A DNA stretch of 64,000 nucleotides from an uncultured Gemmatimonadaceae bacterium. GTDB lineage: Bacteria; Gemmatimonadota; Gemmatimonadetes; Gemmatimonadales; Gemmatimonadaceae. The DNA is taken from contig CAVUDW010000002.1 in NCBI GenBank assembly GCA_963740355.1, positions 160,001-224,000 of the forward strand. The letters are read 5' to 3'. Below the pieces are notes generated by a model. That model saw nothing but the letters and a program-made list of their open reading frames with translations. It had not been told where the DNA came from and did not search any database. The translations under genes and the position numbers were made by a program. This document shows, piece by piece, positions 57,304 through 64,000 of the stretch (the stretch's first letter is position 1; the number at the start of each line of letters is the position of its first letter).

Positions 57304-58832
57304 GAGAGCCGGTGCTCGAGCATGCGCTCGATCGCGTGCTCGACAGCGTCCGTCACGCTGCTCCAGTCGCCAGCCTCGCGCTGCCGGAACACCCGTGCGG
57401 TGGGATAGAAGATGCTGTCGCTGCGAGTCCGACCCCAGCGCCATTCCGCCGGTTCAGCGACCATCACCCACACGGGAATGCCCAGTGCGCCCGCGACATG
57501 TGCAACGGCGGTATCCACACTCAGTACCACGTCGCAGCGGGCGATCACGTGTGCCGTGTCACCCATCTCGGCGCACTGCGGCGCGACATCCAGCAATCGT
57601 GCCCGGAGCGCTGGCTCGAGCTGGTCGAGCTGGGCGCGCGCCGGTCCCTGTTGCAACACGACCATCTGCACGTCGTCGCGTGCGATCAGGTGGCGCAATG
57701 CGGCGAGCGGCATGGAACGCGATGCATCATCCGCGTGATGCGGCGTTCCGGCCCAGGCCAGTCCAATGCGCAGCGCAAACGCAGGCTTTGCAGGCAGCCC
57801 CTGCGCCACATCGGGCGCAATCCCTGGTGGGGCGAGGTACGGTACGAGGCCGGTGTGCATGTCGTTGCCACTCCGCAGCAGGTGCGGAAGCGACATCAGG
57901 TCGACGTGCACGTGGTGTGGTGGGGCGGGGAGGTCGGACGCGACGATGGCATCGATGTGTGGTGTCGTCTTCAGCAGGCGCACCAGCGGCGGCGCGGCCT
58001 GCACGATGATGCGAGCGGCACCGTGGGCACGTAGCAGGCACGCCCAGCGGACGAACTGCACCTGATCGCCCAGGCCCTGTTCGGCGCGCACGAGGATGTT
58101 GCGCCCGGCCAGTGAATTCCCATTCCAGCGCGGTGTCGACGGCGGGTGCGGGCGCTGCAGCAGGTCAGGGAGCTCGAGACGTCGCTCATAGAGGGCCCAC
58201 CCATCGTCGTACCGCTCGAAGGTGCGCAGCAGCATGGCGTGTGTGAGTGCGAGGTGCACATCGTGCGGCGCCAGGGCGCGCGCGCGTTGGCAGAGCGCGA
58301 GTGCGTCGTCCACGTGTCCGGCACGAAACAGCAGCAGTGCCTTGGTGTTGGCGATCGAGGGATCGGCCGGATCGAGCTCCGTGCCATGCCGTGCGGCCTC
58401 GAGGCCTTCGTCGAGGCGACCGGCCAGGCGCAGCGATTCCGCTGCATCACGCCAGGCGATGGAATCCCTCGGTCGCAGCAGCGCTGCAGCGAGAAAGGCC
58501 TGTGCCGCCTGCGCGCGATCCCCTGCCATGCGATACGTCTGCGCCAGCTGCGTGAAGCTGTCGGCGCGGGTCTGATCGAGACCGATCGCGCGAATCAGTT
58601 CACGTTGTGCGTCGCCGAGTCGGGCCACGCTGCGCAGTGCGACGCCATGCAGCGCGGCCACATCGGCGTCATTTGGTGCCAATGCGACACCAGCGGCGTA
58701 TCGCTTGAGCGCGATCTCCGTCTTCCCCATCTGGAGCGCGTGTGCGCCGGCGACGCACTCGGCCAGGGCACGATCGCGGCGCGTCGACGGAGTCGGGCGC
58801 AGAGGGGATAGGAGAGGGGGGCGCGGCGGCAT
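57300..58832 (-). CDS. TPR + GT-B (GT9-like) glycosyltransferase, paralog 1
   Basis: Multiple TPRs, EQGLGDQVQFVRW, WAGTPHHADD..RS, SVDTAVAHVAGALG and EWRW. Confidence 0.85.
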   Translation of the reverse strand: MPPRPPLLSPLRPTPSTRRDRALAECVAGAHALQMGKTEIALKRYAAGVALAPNDADVAALHGVALRSVARLGDAQRELIRAIGLDQTRADSFTQLAQTYRMAGDRAQAAQAFLAAALLRPRDSIAWRDAAESLRLAGRLDEGLEAARHGTELDPADPSIANTKALLLFRAGHVDDALALCQRARALAPHDVHLALTHAMLLRTFERYDDGWALYERRLELPDLLQRPHPPSTPRWNGNSLAGRNILVRAEQGLGDQVQFVRWACLLRAHGAARIIVQAAPPLVRLLKTTPHIDAIVASDLPAPPHHVHVDLMSLPHLLRSGNDMHTGLVPYLAPPGIAPDVAQGLPAKPAFALRIGLAWAGTPHHADDASRSMPLAALRHLIARDDVQMVVLQQGPARAQLDQLEPALRARLLDVAPQCAEMGDTAHVIARCDVVLSVDTAVAHVAGALGIPVWVMVAEPAEWRWGRTRSDSIFYPTARVFRQREAGDWSSVTDAVEHAIERMLEHRLS

Positions 58833-58842
58833 GTCCCCCTGA

Positions 58843-58870
58843 GGATCGGCAGGGAAACAGATGCCGCTGA
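58843..58870 (-). promoter_or_regulatory. Possible sigma28 promoter for the TPR-GT operon
   Basis: Minus strand TCAG-N16-GCCGATCC, about 11 nt before the ATG. Confidence 0.4.
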
Positions 58871-58889
58871 AGCAGGCCCGGCCATTAGC

Positions 58890-58916
58890 TCAAGTTCAGC
58901 GGGCTCGTGACGAGAC
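58890..58916 (+). promoter_or_regulatory. Sigma28 promoter of fliC
   Basis: TCAA-N15-GACGAGAC (TCAAGTT -35), compared with consensus TAAA-N15-GCCGATAA. Confidence 0.6.
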
Positions 58917-58953
58917 TCGGGGGGGAGCCGGACACCGATTCGCGGTCCCGGGG

Positions 58954-58990
58954 GGAGCACGGAAGCTCCACTAGTCAATCACGGAGGATT
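58954..58990 (+). promoter_or_regulatory. Two CsrA-type ANGGA hairpins in the fliC 5' UTR
   Basis: GGAGC-ACGGAA-GCTCC at 58954-58969, and AATC-ACGGAG-GATT at 58977-58990 covering the SD. Confidence 0.7.
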
Positions 58991-58996
58991 TGTCCC

Positions 58997-59770
58997 ATGC
59001 GTATTAACACGAACGTTGGCGCGTTGAACTCGGCCAAGAACGCCTTCATCAACACGATGTCGACGGAAAGTTCAATGCGGAAGCTGTCATCTGGTCTTCG
59101 GATCAGCCGCGCAGCTGACGACGCCGCCGGTCTCTCCATCGCCAACAAGCTGCGCGCGCAGAGCCGCTCGCTGACGGTTGCGGCGGCGAACTCGGAGCAG
59201 GGCAACGCGATGCTGCAGATCGCGGAAGGTTCGGCCTCGACGATCCAGAAGATCCTCGAGCGTCAGAAGGAACTGATCATCCAGCGCGAATCGACGGGCA
59301 ACAACAGCTCGGTGACCTCGACGCTGAACACCGAAATCGGCACGTTGAGCGCAGAAGTGGACCGTATCATCTCGTCCACGAACTTCCAGGGCTCGACGGT
59401 CTTCACCAGCCTGGCCTTCCAGGTCTCGGATGGCACGACGGGTGGAACGGTGACGGTGGACGCAACGCTGGCTGCTTCGTCGGTGACGCTGGCCTCGACG
59501 GCCTCGATCTCGACGGTGGACACTGCGCTGACGGCAATCAACAGCGTGCTGGCCAACATCGGTGCCGGTCAGAACCGCCTCGACTACACGGTGCAGAACC
59601 TGAAGTCGGCAGTGGTGAACGTGAAGGCTGCGGAATCGACCATCCGCGATGTGGACATGGCTGAGGAAATGGCCAACTACACCAAGAACAACATCCTCAC
59701 CCAGGCGGCACAGGCCATGCTCGCCCAGGCGAACCAGAGCTCACAGAGCGTCTTGAGCCTCCTGCGCTAA
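58997..59770 (+). CDS. fliC: Flagellin (257 aa, minimal)
   Basis: MRINTN, LSSGLRI..AADDAAGLSI, GAGQNRL, IRDVDMAEE and AQANQ..VLSLLR. Confidence 0.97.
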   Translation: MRINTNVGALNSAKNAFINTMSTESSMRKLSSGLRISRAADDAAGLSIANKLRAQSRSLTVAAANSEQGNAMLQIAEGSASTIQKILERQKELIIQRESTGNNSSVTSTLNTEIGTLSAEVDRIISSTNFQGSTVFTSLAFQVSDGTTGGTVTVDATLAASSVTLASTASISTVDTALTAINSVLANIGAGQNRLDYTVQNLKSAVVNVKAAESTIRDVDMAEEMANYTKNNILTQAAQAMLAQANQSSQSVLSLLR

Positions 59771-59792
59771 TCCTGAGCGACACGTAGCATGA

Positions 59793-59835
59793 CGCTGTCC
59801 GGCCGTGGTGCAGGCATGACCACGGCCGGCCAGCG
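59793..59835 (+). other. Strong hairpin without a U-tract between fliC and fliD
   Basis: CCGGCCGTGGT / ACCACGGCCGG stem extended by CGCTG / CAGCG. Confidence 0.5.
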
Positions 59836-59853
59836 CACCTGGAGTAACCCAAC

Positions 59854-61944
59854 ATGACGACGAGCGCGACTTCAAGCACGACCGGCACGATCAACATCGG
59901 TGGCCTGGCCTCGGGAGTGCAGTGGCAGGACCTGGTGACGCAGCTGGCGGCGGCAGAAACCGCCAAGAGCGTGACACCGCTGCAGACACGAATCTCCGAC
60001 GCCGAGAAGGAGAAGACCGCGTGGACGACACTCGCGGGCCTCGTCGGGAAATTGCAGGACACAGGCAACGCCCTCAAACTCGGCAGCGCCTTCACGAGCT
60101 TCGCGGCCAATGTCTCGCCCAGCTCGCAGACCAATCGCACGCTGCTCTCGTCCAGCGCGACCGCCGCCGCCCAGCCGGGATCCTACCGGGTGGAAGTGGT
60201 CGACCTGGCACGAGCTGAAAAGCTCAGCGGATCGGTCGTCAGTGACTCCGCCGCCGCCCTTGGCGTCGCCGGCTCATTCACCATCGCCGGGCAGACCGTC
60301 ACGGTCGCCGCCACCGATGCACTGAACGACGTCCGAGACAAGATCAACGCGCTCAACGGCGGCGCGACACCGAGCAAGGTGTCGGCGTCGATCCTCACCA
60401 GTGCCACCGGCCAGCAGCGCCTCGTCCTCTCGGCGGATTCCGCCGGCAGCACCGGCACGGGCCTCGTGGATGGAGCGGAAGGGGTGCTGCGCGACCTCGG
60501 CTTCGTCGACACACAGTCGCGCGCCGTGCCGTCGTCGGGCCTCGCGATCGCAGCGGCGCTTGGCGTCACCATGCCGCCGCCGAGCAGCATCAAGGTCGGT
60601 GACCGCACGATCAACGTCGACCTTTCGGTCGACTCCATTGCCAGCATCGTGGCCAAGATCCGCGCCGCGGGTGGCCAGGCCGAAGTGCAGCAGCAGTTGG
60701 TTGGCGGTGTCGCGTCGTACCGGTTGAGCGTTGGCGGCAACGTCACGGCAACCGCAGATGCCGGCAGCGCCGACACGATCGCGGCCCTCGGCTTCGCTGC
60801 CGGTGCACAGTCGTCGGTGCAGCAGGTGCTGGCCTCAGGGCTCGCGTTCCAGGATGCATCGAACAACGTCGCCGATGGCAACACGCGCCTGACCGACCTT
60901 CGTGCGGGTGGTGTGTCACTCGGCGTGAATGTCGGCGACACGCTGACCTTCAGCGGCATGCGCGGCGATGGCACCACGGTCACGACGTCGTTCGTGGTCG
61001 GTGGCGCCGATACGCTGCAGACGCTGCTCTCGAAGCTGAACGACAGCACCAGCGGCTTCGGTGGTGGTACGCGACCGGCATCGGCGAGCATCGACCCCGA
61101 TGGCAAGCTGCGGCTGAACGATACCACCGGCGGCGATTCCCGCCTGCGGTTGTCGATGTCGTTGTCGCCTGCGGCCGGCGGCGCTCCCGCATCGCTGCTG
61201 GGCTCCTTCGGCACGGAAACCGTGGGGCGTTCACGCGCCATGGTGAAGGGCAGCGACGCACAGGTGAAGGTCGATGGCGTGCTGATCACGCGGTCATCCA
61301 ACACCATCAGCGATGCCCTGGCCGGTGTCACGCTCAACCTGCTGCAGTCGGAGCCAGGCAGCGAAGTCGATCTCACGGTGACGCGCGATACGGACGCGGC
61401 CGCGAAGGCGATCAAGGATTTCGCCACCGCCTACAACGACGTCGTCACGTTCAACGCCGGCCAGCAGCTCACGGGCCAGCCGCTGGCGTACAACAGCACG
61501 CTGCGTCGTGTGATGAGCTCCTTCACGCAGGCCTTGCGTGTGGAAGTGCCAGAGGGCGGCGACTACAGTCGCGGCGCGCTCGCTGGCTTCACGCTCACGC
61601 GTGGCGGCACGATCGAAGTCGACGATGCCAAGCTGCGGGCCGCCATGGGCGCGAACCTCTCCGGCGTCCGTGCGCTGTTCGGTAGCGCCGGCCTGGGCAA
61701 CGCCATGGTCACCGCCACCTCGTTCGCCTCGCGCGCCGTGGATGGCACGATCCCGCAGACCGTGACCACCATCACGCAAGCGAACATGCGCCTCACCAAG
61801 CGCATGAAGGACATGCAGGATCGCGTGGAAGCACGCCGCGTGGCGATGATGGCGCGCTTCACCTCGATGGAACTGGCGATCAGCCGGCTGCAGCAGCAGG
61901 GCACCGCGCTCACGAATGCGGTCGCCGGCATGTCGGGCAAGTAA
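59854..61944 (+). CDS. fliD: Flagellar filament cap protein
   Basis: GLASG..W..LV, GSYRVEVVDLA, VDG..RSSN.ISD..GVTLNL, and C-terminal F..ME.AIS.L..Q. Confidence 0.93.
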   Translation: MTTSATSSTTGTINIGGLASGVQWQDLVTQLAAAETAKSVTPLQTRISDAEKEKTAWTTLAGLVGKLQDTGNALKLGSAFTSFAANVSPSSQTNRTLLSSSATAAAQPGSYRVEVVDLARAEKLSGSVVSDSAAALGVAGSFTIAGQTVTVAATDALNDVRDKINALNGGATPSKVSASILTSATGQQRLVLSADSAGSTGTGLVDGAEGVLRDLGFVDTQSRAVPSSGLAIAAALGVTMPPPSSIKVGDRTINVDLSVDSIASIVAKIRAAGGQAEVQQQLVGGVASYRLSVGGNVTATADAGSADTIAALGFAAGAQSSVQQVLASGLAFQDASNNVADGNTRLTDLRAGGVSLGVNVGDTLTFSGMRGDGTTVTTSFVVGGADTLQTLLSKLNDSTSGFGGGTRPASASIDPDGKLRLNDTTGGDSRLRLSMSLSPAAGGAPASLLGSFGTETVGRSRAMVKGSDAQVKVDGVLITRSSNTISDALAGVTLNLLQSEPGSEVDLTVTRDTDAAAKAIKDFATAYNDVVTFNAGQQLTGQPLAYNSTLRRVMSSFTQALRVEVPEGGDYSRGALAGFTLTRGGTIEVDDAKLRAAMGANLSGVRALFGSAGLGNAMVTATSFASRAVDGTIPQTVTTITQANMRLTKRMKDMQDRVEARRVAMMARFTSMELAISRLQQQGTALTNAVAGMSGK

Positions 61945-62059
61945 GTCATCGCGTCGGCACAGTCGCGGCGCGCTTGAACGCGCCGCTGATGCCGATACTG
62001 AACACGCAGTGAACGACGCACGAGTCTCACCCCACTTCACTCCCAGCATCCACGTACAC

Positions 62060-62473
62060 GTGACCTACCCATCACGCGCCACGCAGTACCGCGAACTGCA
62101 GGTCCTGTCGGCCTCGCCGGCGCGCCTCACGGTTCTCCTCTACGAGCACCTCGAAGTGGTGTTGCGTCGCGCCCAGACCGCGATGAAGAACAACCAGATC
62201 GAGCAGCGCGTGGAGAACCTCGGGAAGGCGCGGGAGATCGTCAGTGAGCTGCTCGGAACCCTCGACATCGAGCGTGGCGGAGAAATCGCCCTCGAACTGT
62301 CGATGCTGCACGGCTACATGCTGTCGGAGCTGGTCGATGTCGGCATGCGTCGCGACGTGGCGCATCTCGGTCGCCTGATCGGTATCGTGCACACGCTCAG
62401 CACGGCATTCGCCGAGGCCTCGAAGCAGCTCGACGAGTCGGCAGGCGCCCGTCCACTGGCCGCCTCGGCCTGA
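62060..62473 (+). CDS. fliS: Flagellin chaperone
   Basis: Y..QVLSASP.RL..LLYE, KA.EIV.EL..LD..GGEIA..L; GTG start. GCCGATAC (sigma28 -10 like) at 61991-61998. Confidence 0.93.
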   Translation: MTYPSRATQYRELQVLSASPARLTVLLYEHLEVVLRRAQTAMKNNQIEQRVENLGKAREIVSELLGTLDIERGGEIALELSMLHGYMLSELVDVGMRRDVAHLGRLIGIVHTLSTAFAEASKQLDESAGARPLAASA

Positions 62474-62480
62474 GCCTGCG

Positions 62481-62864
62481 ATGCGTCCGGATGCCCCGTC
62501 ACCTTCGCTCGCTGTCCTCGACCTGCTCGCTCGCGCCGACGCACTCGCATTGACGGCCTCGGCGGCCATCGGAGCCGGTGATGACGAGGCCCTGTCCGCC
62601 GTGCTCGAGGATCGGGGCGTGATCGTCGAAGCGGCGCTGGCTGCCTGGGGGGATGTGCTGCCGGCCGACCGAACGCCGTCGCTGGTCGCACGCGTCCGGG
62701 CTGCCGCCCAAACCGCGGTTCAGAGTGGTGCCGAGGCTCGCTTGGTGGCCGTTCGCGCGCGCGACTTGGTGGTGGCGGAGTTGTCCGTGCTGGATGCCCG
62801 ACAGCAGGCCTCGCATGGCTATCAATCGGGCTCAGCATTGGGCTCGATCAACGTCGTGCTCTAG
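62481..62864 (+). CDS. FliT-like helical protein
   Basis: Follows fliS; GD..AL..VLEDR..I pattern; size fits FliT. Confidence 0.5.
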   Translation: MRPDAPSPSLAVLDLLARADALALTASAAIGAGDDEALSAVLEDRGVIVEAALAAWGDVLPADRTPSLVARVRAAAQTAVQSGAEARLVAVRARDLVVAELSVLDARQQASHGYQSGSALGSINVVL

Positions 62865-62948
62865 GCAGCGACTCGCTGGACGGGCTGCGCGACTGGCGAG
62901 CCCATCCGGTCAATGTTGCTCCCAGCGCCGTCACGCGTCGACACAACG

Positions 62949-63272
62949 ATGTCACAGACTTCTCAGATCTCCAGCCATGTGCTGACGCCGCGCTGGACCC
63001 ACGCGATCGATGTGCGCGCGGAGTCCCGGCGTGAGGATACCGTCTCGCTGGTCACCGTCGGCCTCTCCCTGCTCGCCGTGTTGCGTGATCAGGCAGTGCC
63101 GCTGGCGCCTGTGCCGCGCGCCGACCTGCCGCGCCGCCTGACCCCGCGACCCCAGAAGTCCGTGCCCCTCAAGGGCCCGACGCCCCTCAATGTGCCGCAG
63201 GAAATCGAGTCGATTCCCGAGCAGCAGGATGCGTCGCCGCTCCCATCCGGCGCTTCGGCGTCAGATTACTAA
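62949..63272 (+). CDS. Hypothetical Pro-rich protein
   Basis: Same-strand ORF filling the gap before flgM; no recognisable motif; start uncertain (62913 or 62949). Confidence 0.35.
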   Translation: MSQTSQISSHVLTPRWTHAIDVRAESRREDTVSLVTVGLSLLAVLRDQAVPLAPVPRADLPRRLTPRPQKSVPLKGPTPLNVPQEIESIPEQQDASPLPSGASASDY

Positions 63273-63296
63273 AGTTTCATACGTTTCCGCCGATAC
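63270..63296 (+). promoter_or_regulatory. Sigma28 promoter of flgM
   Basis: TAAAGTTT-N11-GCCGATAC, near-perfect consensus. Confidence 0.88.
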
Positions 63297-63319
63297 CCTC
63301 CCTACGGAGGTAGACAACT

Positions 63320-63625
63320 ATGCAGATCAATGGAAAGGGCAGGATCGATCCGAACGCGTTGAACGGCGTCAAGCCAGGTGCAGCCGACCGCACCGCGCCG
63401 ACGCGCCGCACCGAGGCTGCGTCATCGGCACCGGAGCGCGTGAAGCAAGACACGGTCACGTTCAGCGACGAAGCTCGCGCCCTCGCGAGTGGCACGTCGA
63501 CCAAGGCCGCGGCCAGCTCGGAGCGCGTCGAGGACGTGAAGAAGCGGATCATGATGGGCGCGTACAACACCGCAGAAATGGCGGGCGAAGTCGCGAAGCG
63601 CATCCTGCAGCGCGGCGAACTCTGA
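63320..63625 (+). CDS. flgM: Anti-sigma28 factor
   Basis: DTVTFSDEAR..ERVEDVKKRI..GAY..VAKRIL; GGAG SD. Confidence 0.88.
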   Translation: MQINGKGRIDPNALNGVKPGAADRTAPTRRTEAASSAPERVKQDTVTFSDEARALASGTSTKAAASSERVEDVKKRIMMGAYNTAEMAGEVAKRILQRGEL

Positions 63626-63671
63626 TCGATCGCAGGCACAGCTCGAACAATTGAACGTGCTCTGACAACCT

Positions 63672-63711
63672 GACGAACGGTCGTGCGGCTCTTCCCGCAC
63701 GACCGTTCGTC
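63672..63711 (+). terminator. 17-bp perfect hairpin after flgM
   Basis: GACGAACGGTCGTGCGG-ctcttc-CCGCACGACCGTTCGTC; weak U-tract. Confidence 0.65.
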
Positions 63712-63909
63712 GTTGTGGCGTATAGGCGACGTGCGATGCTTGCAATATCACATCGCCGTCGTGCACTCAAGCCGCGCGCGCACCGGACGACACTTGTACG
63801 CGGGAAGACTCCTCCCCCGCATACCGAACGGCACTGCTGCCGTTCCCTTCGACCGGGATGTGCGCGCCACCGTGCACATCCTCCACTCGCCAACGGCAGA
63901 GACGCGACA

Positions 63910-64000
63910 ATGAAGTTCCTGGTTGTGGATGATTCAGCAACGATGCGCCGGATTGTGGTGAACTCCCTCCAGCGCATCGGGTTCACGAACTGTGTCGAGG
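63910..64000 (+). CDS. cheY: Chemotaxis response regulator CheY (5' part, truncated by the window)
   Basis: MKFLVVDDSATMRRIVVNSLQRIGF. Confidence 0.85.
   Translation, partial: MKFLVVDDSATMRRIVVNSLQRIGFTNCVE

Noticed and set aside
58847..58866. CGGCA-N10-TGCCG (also at 9339-9358) as an enhancer variant
   Set aside because: The spacer differs by half a helical turn from the N5 motif, and the site overlaps a possible sigma28 box; may be chance in GC-rich DNA.
63720..63909. Promoter or small RNA between flgM and cheY
   Set aside because: Only weak hairpins are present, with no convincing sigma54 or sigma28 box.

Overview
High-GC bacterial window, most likely Gemmatimonadota (inferred from gene content and protein style; not verified). 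It holds an almost complete flagellar gene supercluster from 15.4 to 64 kb: flgB/C, fliE-F-G-H-I-J, motE-like, fliK, flgD/E, fliL-M-N-(O/P)-R, flhB, fliQ, flhA/F, fliA, flgF-G-A-H-I-J-N-K, csrA, flgL, fliW, fliC-D-S-T, flgM and the start of cheY. A glycan-modification island lies at 1-15.3 kb, and three TPR-glycosyltransferases are divergent from flagellin. Interrupting genes encode a Fic protein, an acyl-CoA dehydrogenase, an amidohydrolase and a sigma54 activator. Main observations: (1) the hook-length ruler FliK carries an internal M15-type zinc peptidoglycan peptidase domain while FlgJ has no muramidase; (2) six intergenic regions share a three-part sigma54 promoter layout (-24/-12 box, helically phased 25-bp IHF-like dyad, CGGCA-N5-TGCCG palindromes) that ties the glycan genes to the flagellar regulon; (3) a 71-bp non-CRISPR tandem array after flgE pairs a TCTGACCCC hairpin with the same dyad; (4) a FliO-FliP fusion, and a relocated fliQ followed by a small 'YDAP'-repeat ORF; (5) CsrA-type GGA hairpins in the fliC leader. 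All calls come from reading motifs by eye; no database searches were run.
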